The position numbers and the translations under genes were made by a program. DNA of 61,311 nucleotides, from assembly GCA_964583975.1 (NCBI GenBank), contig CAZOXU010000011.1, positions 1 to 61,311 on the forward strand, read 5' to 3'. The notes under the pieces are model-generated. The model worked only from the letters and a program-made list of their open reading frames with translations, was not told the origin of the DNA and did no database searches. This document shows, one piece after another, positions 9,266 through 17,874 of the stretch. How positions within the stretch are numbered: the stretch's first letter is position 1; the number at the start of each line of letters is the position of its first letter. This DNA comes from an uncultured Planctomycetales bacterium. Its GTDB lineage: Bacteria > Omnitrophota > Gorgyraeia > Zapsychrales > Fredricksoniimonadaceae.

Positions 9266-10603
9266 TTATTGTTGGTAAGCGGTCTCAAGATTGGCAAAAC
9301 TGACAAATTCTTTGAAGAATTTCAATTTCACGGAACCAGTAGGGCCATTACGTTGCTTAGCAATGATGGCTTCGGCAATACCACGGTTTTCTTCGGTAGG
9401 GTTATAGTATTCCTCACGCATCAAAAGAACAACCACGTCCGCATCCTGCTCTATAGCTCCTGATTCACGTAAATCGGACAATTGAGGTCTATGATCCTGG
9501 CGACTCTCCACAGCGCGTGAAAGCTGGCTAATCGCTATTAAAGGAACGCTTAACTCACGTGCCAAAGCTTTTAACGAACGAGAAATTTCAGAAATTTCTT
9601 GCTGGCGGCTATCGGTTTTAACTGAAGCTTGCATCAACTGTAAATAATCGACAATAATAAGCCCAATGCCATGAGCTGCTTTAAGCCTGCGGGCTTTCGC
9701 ACGCAATTCCAATACAGAAATGGCTGGGGTATCATCAATATACATAGGGATATTGGATAATCTCCCGGCAGCCTTGGTTAACATAGGCCACTCGGCTGGT
9801 GACAGAAAACCTGTACGCACCTTATGGGCATCAACACGGGCTTGTGAACAAAGCATACGTTGTACCAATTGTTCTTTAGACATTTCTAAAGAGAAAATAG
9901 CAACGGGAATATTCTTCTCCACACAAGCATACTCGGCTATGCTAACGGCAAACGCACTTTTACCCATCGAAGGACGCCCTGCAATAACGATCAAGTCTGC
10001 CTTTTGCAAACCAGAAGTCATTCGGTCAAAGTCCACAAAGCCAGTAGGTACCCCTGTAATCGATTCTTTGCGCTGATAAAGCTGGTCAATATTTTCTATC
10101 GTTGTACGGATAATATCTTTAAGGGCGACGGCTTGCTGTTTTTGCTTGGCAGTTGCAATTTCAAAAATTAAACGCTCAGCCTCATCAACTAAATCATCGA
10201 TATTTACATCGGTGGAGTAACTTTTGCTGACGATATCCGTAGAATTCTTAATAAGTTGGCGTTGAATCCCTTTTTGTTTAACGATATCAACGTAATATTG
10301 AACGTTAGCTGCAGTTGGAACAAAATCAGCCAACTGAGTCAAATAGGTCAAACCACCAATGGGATCTAAAAGTGATTTATTTTTGAGAGAATCTGAAAGA
10401 GTGATGAGATCAACATTCTTGCGGCTCGCATAAAGGTCTTTGATCGCTTCAAAAATCTTTTGATGCGATGTTTCATAAAAATAAAAGCTATCGATGTGTT
10501 CGATAGCCACACCGATAGCTTCTTCTGATATCATCATCGCACCCAAGACTGCCTTTTCAGCATCTACGTTTTGGGGCGGAATTCTTATTTCTTCGTTACC
10601 CAT
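9266..10603 (-). CDS. dnaB: Replicative DNA helicase DnaB
   Basis: PPQNVDAEKAVLGAMM N-terminal motif, Walker A GRPSMGKSAF and the IIVDYLQLM motif. 445 aa. Confidence 0.93.
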   Translation of the reverse strand: MGNEEIRIPPQNVDAEKAVLGAMMISEEAIGVAIEHIDSFYFYETSHQKIFEAIKDLYASRKNVDLITLSDSLKNKSLLDPIGGLTYLTQLADFVPTAANVQYYVDIVKQKGIQRQLIKNSTDIVSKSYSTDVNIDDLVDEAERLIFEIATAKQKQQAVALKDIIRTTIENIDQLYQRKESITGVPTGFVDFDRMTSGLQKADLIVIAGRPSMGKSAFAVSIAEYACVEKNIPVAIFSLEMSKEQLVQRMLCSQARVDAHKVRTGFLSPAEWPMLTKAAGRLSNIPMYIDDTPAISVLELRAKARRLKAAHGIGLIIVDYLQLMQASVKTDSRQQEISEISRSLKALARELSVPLIAISQLSRAVESRQDHRPQLSDLRESGAIEQDADVVVLLMREEYYNPTEENRGIAEAIIAKQRNGPTGSVKLKFFKEFVSFANLETAYQQ

Positions 10604-11028
10604 AAGCGGATTTTAGCAATAACCTCAGGATGGAGTTGAACACCAACTTCAAAAATCCCCAACTCTTCGATTTGTTTTTCAATCACCAAAGATTTTTTGT
10701 CGATCTTCTGGCCTTCCGCTTCCAAAGCTTTGAGAATTTCTGTTTCAGTTACAGCGCCATAAAGTTTTTCTTGGTCATTGACTTCAACAGCAACTGTGAT
10801 CGAAATCTTAGCTAAATCATCGGCCTTTTTCTGAGCTTGTTTCTTTTGCTCTTCATAAAGGGCCAATTTTTTGGCTTTTTCTTTTTCAATACGATTGATA
10901 TTAGCTTGTGTTGCTGTGATTGCTAATGAACGTGGTATTAAAAAATTACGAGCATAGCCGTCTTTGACTTTTTTAATATCTCCAACCTTACCCAACTTTG
11001 CTACATTTTCAGTTAAAATAATGTCCAT
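10585..11028 (-). CDS. rplI: 50S ribosomal protein L9
   Basis: MDIILTENVAKLGKVGDIKKVKDGYARNFLIP is the canonical L9 N-terminus. Confidence 0.9.
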   Translation of the reverse strand: MDIILTENVAKLGKVGDIKKVKDGYARNFLIPRSLAITATQANINRIEKEKAKKLALYEEQKKQAQKKADDLAKISITVAVEVNDQEKLYGAVTETEILKALEAEGQKIDKKSLVIEKQIEELGIFEVGVQLHPEVIAKIRLWVTKK

Positions 11029-11030
11029 AA

Positions 11031-11354
11031 TTACTTCCTTTTTGATGATCCGACTGGTAATAGACCTAAGAAACGAGCCAGCTTCACAGCTTCAGCCAAT
11101 TGGCGCTGTTGTTTAGCATTAGCACTGGTCATACGGCGAGAGAAAATCTTACCGCGTTCTGTTAAACATTTTTGCAAAAATGCAATGTTCTTGTAGTTAA
11201 TATCTGTTCCCTTAGGAATTGAAAAGCGAGGTTGGCGCAAGCTGTTTGAACGACGATTGCCACCAGGAGCATCCCCATCTCTGTTAAAGGGTTTTCTCTC
11301 ATCTCTCGATGATGATCTTCCACCAAAACTTCTTTTTGTACTTTTACGTTCCAT
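11031..11354 (-). CDS. rpsR: 30S ribosomal protein S18 with a basic N-terminal extension
   Basis: The C-terminal half, INYKNIAFLQKCLTERGKIFSRRMTSANAKQQRQLAEAVKLARFLGLLP, is canonical S18. ATG at 11354 is preceded by GGGAGGAA, 3 nt after the ssb stop. Confidence 0.85.
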   Translation of the reverse strand: MERKSTKRSFGGRSSSRDERKPFNRDGDAPGGNRRSNSLRQPRFSIPKGTDINYKNIAFLQKCLTERGKIFSRRMTSANAKQQRQLAEAVKLARFLGLLPVGSSKRK

Positions 11355-11356
11355 GT

Positions 11357-11785
11357 TTATTCCTCCCAAGCTATATCTTCGGGGCTAATAACGTCCCCTT
11401 CATGTGAATCTTTAGCTGCACTTTCTGAGGCGGCAGCACCTTGTCCTTCTGCTCGTGGTCCACCTAAGAATTGGATTCTCTCAGCACGCACATCAATGGT
11501 TGAGCGTTTCTGACCATCACCCGTTTCCCAGGAACGACTTTGTAAAATTCCTTCAACAAAAACAGCCCGACCCTTTTGTAAATATTGATTACAAATTTCT
11601 GCCTGCTTATCCCATGCGGTGATGGTAATGAAACATGTATCTTCTTTTAATTCACCACTGCGGTCTTTGAATTTACGGTTAACTGCAATGCGCAAATTAG
11701 TAACGGCAGTTCCGTTAGGGGTATAGCGTAGTTCTGGGTCTTTTGTCAAATTTCCAATCAATAAAACTTTATTTAAACTTGCCAT
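11357..11785 (-). CDS. ssb: Single-stranded DNA-binding protein
   Basis: OB-fold N-terminus MASLNKVLLIGNLTKDPELRYTPNGTAV. The acidic C-terminal tail ends EDIAWEE rather than the canonical DDDIPF. Confidence 0.9.
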   Translation of the reverse strand: MASLNKVLLIGNLTKDPELRYTPNGTAVTNLRIAVNRKFKDRSGELKEDTCFITITAWDKQAEICNQYLQKGRAVFVEGILQSRSWETGDGQKRSTIDVRAERIQFLGGPRAEGQGAAASESAAKDSHEGDVISPEDIAWEE

Positions 11786-11795
11786 ACAACGCTCC

Positions 11796-12086
11796 TTAAG
11801 CTTCCTGACGCACAGTTAAAAAACGCAGGATTTGTTCATTAATTCTTAATAGCGACTGCATTTTATTAATTGCTGAAGATTTAGCTTCGACATTCAACAT
11901 ATAATAGGCCCCTTCCCAAACTTTATTAATAGGAAAGCTCATCTTATGTTTATCGAGCCATAACTGGCTGTTGATTATTTTAACTTCTGCTTTAGCAGCC
12001 GTATCCGCAACTTGTTTGGCTACTTCATCTTTAATAGTTTGCGACGCATGCGCATCGACGATATAAACAAATTCGTACTTGTTCAT
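11796..12086 (-). CDS. rpsF: 30S ribosomal protein S6
   Basis: MNKYEFVYIVDA... is S6-like, and it sits in the classic rpsF-ssb-rpsR-rplI order. Confidence 0.85.
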   Translation of the reverse strand: MNKYEFVYIVDAHASQTIKDEVAKQVADTAAKAEVKIINSQLWLDKHKMSFPINKVWEGAYYMLNVEAKSSAINKMQSLLRINEQILRFLTVRQEA

Positions 12087-12661
12087 TCACTCTTCCTTTT
12101 CTTGTTATATTGATTCATGGTTGCTTGCGTTCCCTGTATTACCCAGCTAGCAAGACAGGCAACAGCTTCATTAATAAAATCCGGCAAAATTTTCTTTTCG
12201 CCAGAGGTGAAATCAGACAATACATAGTCGGCCGTATCGATTTTGGGAGACGGATTACCAATTCCTAAGCGTAATCGAGCAAAATCTTTACTCCCCAGAT
12301 GATCGATCACTGACCTAATTCCATTATGACCACCATGGCTACCCGATCGCCTTAAACGTATCTGACCAAATTCTAGGGCCAGATCATCACAGACGATTAA
12401 AAGGTCTTCTAAAGCAAGTTCCTTTTTTTCACACCACGATCGAACCGCGACCCCTGAATTATTCATGTAGGTCAAAGGCATCATCAAAGAACATTGTTGG
12501 CCCTCTAAAACTATCTTTGTTTCTAAGGCCTGGGCCACGGCACTTTTTTTATATTTTGAATCGTATTGCTTGGCTAAGTTTGTAAGAACTAAAAACCCTA
12601 AATTGTGACGGGTATATTCGTACTGGCTCTCTGGATTGCCAAGGCCAACGATCAGTTTCAC
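12083..12661 (-). CDS. pth: Peptidyl-tRNA hydrolase
   Basis: KLIVGLGNPESQYEYTRHNLGF and HGGHNGIRS motifs. It appears to start at a GTG overlapping the rplY stop (TAGTG). Confidence 0.9.
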   Translation of the reverse strand: MKLIVGLGNPESQYEYTRHNLGFLVLTNLAKQYDSKYKKSAVAQALETKIVLEGQQCSLMMPLTYMNNSGVAVRSWCEKKELALEDLLIVCDDLALEFGQIRLRRSGSHGGHNGIRSVIDHLGSKDFARLRLGIGNPSPKIDTADYVLSDFTSGEKKILPDFINEAVACLASWVIQGTQATMNQYNKKRKSE

Positions 12662-13377
12662 TATTTCTTTTCTTCCTTCTTAGCTGCAGGAGCATCAGCC
12701 TTCTTACCAGCAGCATCGCCTTCTTCCTTCTTCTTTTCTTTTAATACTTCAGGTTCTGTTGCAGTTGCGCCAGCTTCGCCTTCAGCTGCAGTGGCAGACT
12801 CTTCACGCATAGAACCAGAAACAGTAGCCACTACAGAATCAGGATCATGTTTGGTACGAACGCCTTTAGGCAAAACTAAATCTTTGACGTGAACTGCATC
12901 GTGAATTCCTAAATTGGTAATGTCAACTTCGATATGATGAGGGATATTATTAGGCAAACAGATAATGTCCAATTCCCACATGGTGTGATCAAGTGTACCG
13001 CCATCACGTTTAACGCCAATGGCTTCACCTTTGATAACAACCTTAACTTTGATTTCAATTTCTTTATCTAAGGAGATGCGGTTAAAATCCAAATGAATGA
13101 CTTGGTCAGTGACTGGGTGGAGTTGAACATCTTTGACGATCGCTGGAAAATCAGCTACTTTTTTACCGTTATCCAAGACGTTTAAATGATAAATTAAACT
13201 TTCACCGGCATGCTGACGAGAGATACGGTCGTAAGTTTTTCGATCAGCTTGAATTGTTGTAGGCTCAGCTTTTCCACCATAGATCACAGCGGGAATAAAA
13301 TTGGCCCGTCTTAACTTTGCAGCTTGAGCAGAACCTAAACCATTTCTTAATTGAACGTCTAAATTAATCTGTTCCAT
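12661..13377 (-). CDS. rplY: 50S ribosomal protein L25 / general stress protein Ctc, with a long Ala/Lys/Glu-rich C-terminal tail
   Basis: RRANFIPAVIYGG motif and a two-domain Ctc-type length (238 aa). Confidence 0.85.
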   Translation of the reverse strand: MEQINLDVQLRNGLGSAQAAKLRRANFIPAVIYGGKAEPTTIQADRKTYDRISRQHAGESLIYHLNVLDNGKKVADFPAIVKDVQLHPVTDQVIHLDFNRISLDKEIEIKVKVVIKGEAIGVKRDGGTLDHTMWELDIICLPNNIPHHIEVDITNLGIHDAVHVKDLVLPKGVRTKHDPDSVVATVSGSMREESATAAEGEAGATATEPEVLKEKKKEEGDAAGKKADAPAAKKEEKK

Positions 13378-13454
13378 GTAATACCTACCTTTTCTTTTAC
13401 TTTCGCCTGCTTTGCCTAAATCTTAGAGAATCAGGCTTGCTGCAGAGGCTATCA

Positions 13455-14408
13455 TTAGTTTCTAATTTCATCAAACAAACTACTTATACTTTCCGCATTA
13501 TGTGTTCGCGCAATAGCTTCAGCTAAAAGAGGAGCTACAGTCAACGCTTTAATCTTAGAACAACCTGAAGGATTCTTAAAACCAATGCTGTTGGTAATAA
13601 TCACTTCCTGTAATTCTGTGCATTTGACGATACGATCAATGGCCGGGCCTGATAAAACACCGTGAGTGGCCACCGCATAAACACCCTTAACACCAAATCT
13701 TTTTAACGCATCTACGGCTTCAATCAAAGAACCTGCGGTCGCAATGATATCATCGACTAAAACTACATTCTTATCTTTGACTTCTCCAAGAATATTCATA
13801 ACTTCAGTTTTCTCAGGAGAAAAACGACGCTTATCAACAATCGCCAGACCAGCGTTTAAACGCTTGGCATATGCGCGGGCCATCTTAATTCCGCCAACAT
13901 CCGGCGAAACAACAACCAAATCTTTAATTTGTTTTTCTTTAAAATAATCACAAAGAACATTAATCGCATAAAGATGATCTACAGGAATATCAAAAAAACC
14001 TTGGATCTGGGCTGCATGCAAATCCATGGTCAAAACGCGATTAGCTCCAGCTGCTACAATTAAATTTGCTACTAACTTAGCCGTGATAGGAACACGTGGC
14101 TGATCCTTTCGATCTTGACGCGCGTAACCATAATACGGCAACACCGCTGTGATACGATCAGCTGAAGCACGACGAACAGCATCAATTAAAACCAAAAGTT
14201 CCATGATGTTTTCATTGACCGGAGTGCAGGTCGGCTGAACAATAAAAACATCCTTACCACGGATATTTTCTTTAATATGAACGCGAATTTCGCCTTCAGA
14301 AAAACGTCCTACTAAAACTTCTGTCTGCTTTATTTTTAAAGCTTCACAAATCTCAGCTGTCAGAGCTGGATTGGCATTCCCACCTAAAATCGCTAAACCT
14401 GTCGACAT
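13455..14408 (-). CDS. prs: Ribose-phosphate pyrophosphokinase
   Basis: FSEGEIRVHI, YYGYARQDRK and DLHAAQIQGFF motifs, and the PRPP-binding loop VLVDDIIATAGS. Confidence 0.93.
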   Translation of the reverse strand: MSTGLAILGGNANPALTAEICEALKIKQTEVLVGRFSEGEIRVHIKENIRGKDVFIVQPTCTPVNENIMELLVLIDAVRRASADRITAVLPYYGYARQDRKDQPRVPITAKLVANLIVAAGANRVLTMDLHAAQIQGFFDIPVDHLYAINVLCDYFKEKQIKDLVVVSPDVGGIKMARAYAKRLNAGLAIVDKRRFSPEKTEVMNILGEVKDKNVVLVDDIIATAGSLIEAVDALKRFGVKGVYAVATHGVLSGPAIDRIVKCTELQEVIITNSIGFKNPSGCSKIKALTVAPLLAEAIARTHNAESISSLFDEIRN

Positions 14409-14417
14409 CTCTGGCCT

Positions 14418-15674
14418 CTATCTTGGTTTTGGAAAAACTTTTGCTGGTACTCCCCTTGCAATCGCATGGGCTGGTACCTTTGTATTTTTTGTTACAACTG
14501 AACCTGCCCCTATTAAAGCTTTTTCACCTATGTCCACAGGAGCCACTAAAATCGAATCGGAACCTATGAATGCGCCTCGACCAATGATTGTTTTATTTTT
14601 GGCCACTCCATCATAATTCGCTGTGACCACCCCAGCACCAATATTGGTATTGGATCCTATAGTTGCATCTCCTAAAAACGAAAAATGTTTGACTACCACA
14701 TGAGAAGCTAGGGTTGTTCTGGAAACTTCAGCATAATTACCAATCTCAACTTCATCTGCTATTCGACTTCCTGGACGAATGTGGGCAAAAGGTCCAATTT
14801 TACAATTTTGACCTATAACCACATTGTTGTTAATGACGGTGCATGGAAAAATGGTTGTATCTCGACCAATTTTAACATCCGCTTCAATATATGTTGTCAG
14901 AGGATCTACAATCGTCACTCCATCTTCCATATGAGCATCTAAAATGCGCTTACGAACAATCGCTTCAGCCTGTGCTAGATCGGCACGATTATTGACTCCA
15001 AAAGCTACATTCGCATCGCTCGTAGTTAACGTATCAACTTTATCACCATTATTTAAAAGCAGCTCAATGACATCGGTTAAATAAAACTCTTTTTTCTTTG
15101 GATTAAGTTTTACTTTCTTTAACGTTTCAAAAAGCTTTCGACTTTCGAAACAATACACACCGACATTAATTTCATTGATCATGACTTCTTGGGGATTAGC
15201 ATCTTTTTCTTCACGGATCGCCAAAAATGATTTAGATCGATCTCTGATGATCCGGCCGTAGCCTTGAGGATTATTAATGAGAGCTGTCAAAACCGTAACT
15301 GATGCTTTACTTCGATGGTGTTGTGCTAACAAAGCTTTAACAATCGCTTTGGATAACAGCGGTGTATCGCCACAAAGCACAAGTACTGTACCCCGATAGC
15401 TTTTAAGATGTGGCCAGACTCGTCGAACAGCATCGCCTGTGCCTAGCAATTTGTCTTGAAGAACAAATTCCACATCATTGCCCACGGATTGCTTAACTTT
15501 ATCAGCTCCATGACCAGTCACAACATAGGTTTTCAAAGAACGTAATGAACGGGTAATGTCCAGAACATATTCGATAATTGGCCTGCCGCATACGGGATGC
15601 AAAACTTTAGGCACGTCGGATTTCATACGTGTCCCACGACCAGCCGCCAAAATAATCGAACGAAAATTTACCAT
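14418..15674 (-). CDS. glmU: Bifunctional GlcNAc-1-phosphate uridyltransferase / glucosamine-1-phosphate acetyltransferase
   Basis: The start is set at Met28 of the track ORF (MVNFRSIILAAGRGTRM, the canonical nucleotidyltransferase G-loop). The C-terminus has hexapeptide repeats. The 27 upstream codons of the track ORF are the tRNA-Gln gene read as protein. Confidence 0.9.
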   Translation of the reverse strand: MVNFRSIILAAGRGTRMKSDVPKVLHPVCGRPIIEYVLDITRSLRSLKTYVVTGHGADKVKQSVGNDVEFVLQDKLLGTGDAVRRVWPHLKSYRGTVLVLCGDTPLLSKAIVKALLAQHHRSKASVTVLTALINNPQGYGRIIRDRSKSFLAIREEKDANPQEVMINEINVGVYCFESRKLFETLKKVKLNPKKKEFYLTDVIELLLNNGDKVDTLTTSDANVAFGVNNRADLAQAEAIVRKRILDAHMEDGVTIVDPLTTYIEADVKIGRDTTIFPCTVINNNVVIGQNCKIGPFAHIRPGSRIADEVEIGNYAEVSRTTLASHVVVKHFSFLGDATIGSNTNIGAGVVTANYDGVAKNKTIIGRGAFIGSDSILVAPVDIGEKALIGAGSVVTKNTKVPAHAIARGVPAKVFPKPR

Positions 15675-15683
15675 AATATCAAA

Positions 15684-15754
15684 TTGCCCAGCCAGGACTC
15701 GAACCTGAACAACGAGATCCAAATTCTCGGGTGCTACCATTACACCACCGGGCA
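15684..15754 (-). tRNA. tRNA-Gln (anticodon UUG), no encoded CCA
   Basis: Hand-folded cloverleaf from the minus-strand sequence TGCCCGG TG GTGT AATGGTA GCAC C CGAGA ATTTGGA TCTCG TTGT TCAGG TTCGAGT CCTGG CTGGGCA A. It has a 7-bp acceptor stem, 4-bp D stem, 5-bp anticodon stem with the loop reading TTG at positions 34-36, and a T-loop TTCGAGT. Confidence 0.85.
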
Positions 15755-15767
15755 ATAAAATCCTAAA

Positions 15768-16664
15768 TCACCTAGTTCTGACCACAAAAACTTGAGAAAA
15801 ACGCCTGTCAAATTGGGCCCGGAGGCTTAAAGCATGTTTACGTGATTTAGCTAAAGCAAAAACCGACGGTCCACTGCCTGAAAAACACACCCCGATAGCA
15901 CCAGCGTCGATAAAAACGTCTTTCAACCGCCCCAAATGGGGCTGTAATTTCAAAATTGCAGGCTCTAAATCATTGAATAAACTAGAGCTTATAGAATATA
16001 AATTATTCTCCCTCAAAAAGGGAAGCAGAATATTAACATCATCCTTTTTTCTTGTCAACTTTAAATTCCGGCCCGCTGAAGCCGCTGAAAGGCAGGCCTG
16101 CCTGCCGGACAGGCAGGCAAAAACATCCTTGGTATAGACTTTAAGTCTTGGGGTGACAAGCACATGCCACAATTTGGTCTTAATGGGCAAGACCTTAATT
16201 TTCTCTCCTCTACCCTCTCCTAAAGCGTAGGAAGCCCCATAAAGGAAAAAAGCCACGTCCGATCCAATGGCTGAGGCGTACTCCACTAACCTTTTTTGCG
16301 GTAAGTTAAGATTCCACAATCGGTTTAATCCCTGCAAAACTGTAGCCGCATTGCTAGAACCTCCAGCCAGGCCAGCAGCCACTGGTATGCGCTTTTGAAT
16401 GATGATTTCTACACCTTCTTTAAGTCCAAAATCATCCCTAAACTTTTGAGCCACCCGATAAACCAGGTTCTTAGACCCTTTAGGCACATCTGGATTTGAA
16501 CAACGAATACGAATTCCCTGAGGTATTTTTCGTAAGACAATGGTATCGTGCAAATCAATGCGTTCAAAAACAGTTTGCAACTCATGAAAACCATCAGGCC
16601 TTTTTCCTAAGACTTTTAAGACAAGATTGAGTTTTGCATATGATTTAAGGGCAATTGACTTCAT
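15768..16664 (-). CDS. ispE: 4-diphosphocytidyl-2-C-methyl-D-erythritol kinase
   Basis: The start is set at Met34 (MKSIALKSYAKLNLVLKV, the canonical IspE N-terminus). GHMP kinase motif IPVAAGLAGGSSNAA. It carries an in-frame GC-rich insert (see the repeat at 16068..16118). Confidence 0.85.
   Translation of the reverse strand: MKSIALKSYAKLNLVLKVLGKRPDGFHELQTVFERIDLHDTIVLRKIPQGIRIRCSNPDVPKGSKNLVYRVAQKFRDDFGLKEGVEIIIQKRIPVAAGLAGGSSNAATVLQGLNRLWNLNLPQKRLVEYASAIGSDVAFFLYGASYALGEGRGEKIKVLPIKTKLWHVLVTPRLKVYTKDVFACLSGRQACLSAASAGRNLKLTRKKDDVNILLPFLRENNLYSISSSLFNDLEPAILKLQPHLGRLKDVFIDAGAIGVCFSGSGPSVFALAKSRKHALSLRAQFDRRFSQVFVVRTR
16068..16118. repeat. GC-rich palindromic cluster (CCTGCCTG/CAGGCAGG and GGCAGG/CCTGCC) plus a 9-nt tandem repeat, in frame inside ispE
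   Basis: The minus strand reads gcc tgc ctg tcc ggc agg cag gcc tgc ctt tca gcg gct tca gcg ggc cgg. It encodes ACLSGRQACLSAASAGR (ORF residues 216-232). The local GC content is far above the surrounding AT-rich coding sequence. Confidence 0.7.
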
Positions 16665-16668
16665 GACA

Positions 16669-17679
16669 TTATTTTGTGGAAAGAGGAATGGATTCTTGAA
16701 TCTTAGCCGTACGCTTATTAAGCAAATCCAGTTTCTGAGACAATTTAGGTTGATCGGGATCAAGTTCTAATGATTTTAACCAAAATTTCCTGGCCAATGA
16801 AGGTTCACCGGTTGTCTGATAAACTTCCCCGATATGCTCGTAAATGACTGGATCAGTCACATAATTTAAAGCTCTTTGTAAAGCCATCAGCGCTTGGGTA
16901 TTCAATCCTTTTTTAAACAATACCCATCCTAATGTATCATGATACGCACCATTAGCAGGATCTAATTCAACAGCCCGTTTGGCCATTTTGAACGCTTCAT
17001 CTAAATTAACTCCTTCTTCAGCATACACATAGGCTAACGAATTAAGCGATTCATCATGATCTGGCTCGAGCGCCAATACCTTACGAAAATTCTCCTTAGC
17101 TTTTTCTTTTTCTCCTGAATCCAAATAAATAGCTCCTAACAAAAATAAGGCTGATACATTTTTAGCTTGAAACTGTAAAATTTGATTAACCTGTTCAATG
17201 GCCTGAACATATTTGTGCTGGGCGTAGAACAATTGGGCTAAATAGGTATGGATTTCAAAATTCTCTGGATCAGTATCTGAGGCCATCTTTAAAATCGTCT
17301 CGTACTCACTAGAAGCCAGGGTATATTTCTTCTGGGAAGAATAAATCAAAGCTAACAAATAATGCGCTTGGGAAGATTCAGGATGTAATTTTAAGACGAG
17401 CTTTAAATGTTTAACAGCTTCATCTAAACGCCCCATACGCACATCATAAGCAGCTATTCTTAAATGTGGTCGGGGTTGTTGGCGGTCTAATTTCGAGGAT
17501 TTTTGATATTCGACTAATGCACTTCGGCTATCACTATTAAGATCGTAGATATTACCCATAATGTAATGGGCAAGGGCTTTAGACTGAGTCACAATGCGTC
17601 CTTCATCAGCAAAACATGATCCTGATGCGAACATCAGGATCATGCCTATCCAAAAAACGCATTGGCGATCTTTAACCAT
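16669..17679 (-). CDS. Secreted tetratricopeptide-repeat protein
   Basis: Signal peptide (WIGMILMFASGSCFA) followed by multiple TPR-like 34-aa repeats (e.g. AHYLLALIYSSQKKYTLA, ALFLLGAIYLDSGEKEKA). Confidence 0.7.
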   Translation of the reverse strand: MVKDRQCVFWIGMILMFASGSCFADEGRIVTQSKALAHYIMGNIYDLNSDSRSALVEYQKSSKLDRQQPRPHLRIAAYDVRMGRLDEAVKHLKLVLKLHPESSQAHYLLALIYSSQKKYTLASSEYETILKMASDTDPENFEIHTYLAQLFYAQHKYVQAIEQVNQILQFQAKNVSALFLLGAIYLDSGEKEKAKENFRKVLALEPDHDESLNSLAYVYAEEGVNLDEAFKMAKRAVELDPANGAYHDTLGWVLFKKGLNTQALMALQRALNYVTDPVIYEHIGEVYQTTGEPSLARKFWLKSLELDPDQPKLSQKLDLLNKRTAKIQESIPLSTK

Positions 17680-17711
17680 GACAGCCTCTCTACCAAAAAA
17701 ATAAAACTTAA

Positions 17712-17813
17712 TTATCTTGTTGTGCGTTTCTTCAAGTGTCGTAAAGCCTTACGTAATTTCTTACGTTTGTGCGTGCGAATCTTGACGCGTTTTCTTTTTT
17801 TACCGCAGGGCAT
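17712..17813 (-). CDS. 33-aa highly basic peptide resembling the small ribosomal protein bS22 (AURKAIP1/COX24-like); not in the ORF track
   Basis: My own translation reads MPCGKKRKRVKIRTHKRKKLRKALRHLKKRTTR*. It is preceded by GGAGAGAAG. It resembles, from memory, the MPSGKKRKRHKMATHKRKKRLRKNRHKK-type peptides of Bacteroidota and the mycobacterial bS22. Confidence 0.55.
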   Translation of the reverse strand: MPCGKKRKRVKIRTHKRKKLRKALRHLKKRTTR

Positions 17814-17874
17814 CTTCTCTCCTTAAGTATATCATGAAACAATTCCCCCTTTCAAAGGCAGGGGTCAAGCCTGA

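Noticed and set aside
11031-13377. N-terminal extension of S18 and the Ala/Lys/Glu-rich tail of L25 as novel domains
   Set aside because: Low-complexity basic or acidic extensions of ribosomal proteins are common lineage-specific features. They are noted in the feature evidence but do not merit a separate finding.
13378-13454. Possible ribosomal-protein leader or ncRNA in the prs-rplY spacer
   Set aside because: I found no convincing conserved structure or hairpin by eye. At 77 nt the spacer is consistent with a simple intergenic region containing an RBS.
16409-16594. 61-aa same-strand alternate-frame ORF inside ispE
   Set aside because: It is embedded in the conserved GHMP kinase core of ispE and has no independent support.
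17845-17864. CCCCCT-ttcaaaggc-AGGGG hairpin downstream of hisG as a terminator
   Set aside because: The stem is short (5 bp), the loop is long and the following sequence on the transcribed strand is only weakly T-rich. It also lies just upstream of the small basic ORF, which needs to be transcribed. This is too ambiguous to call.
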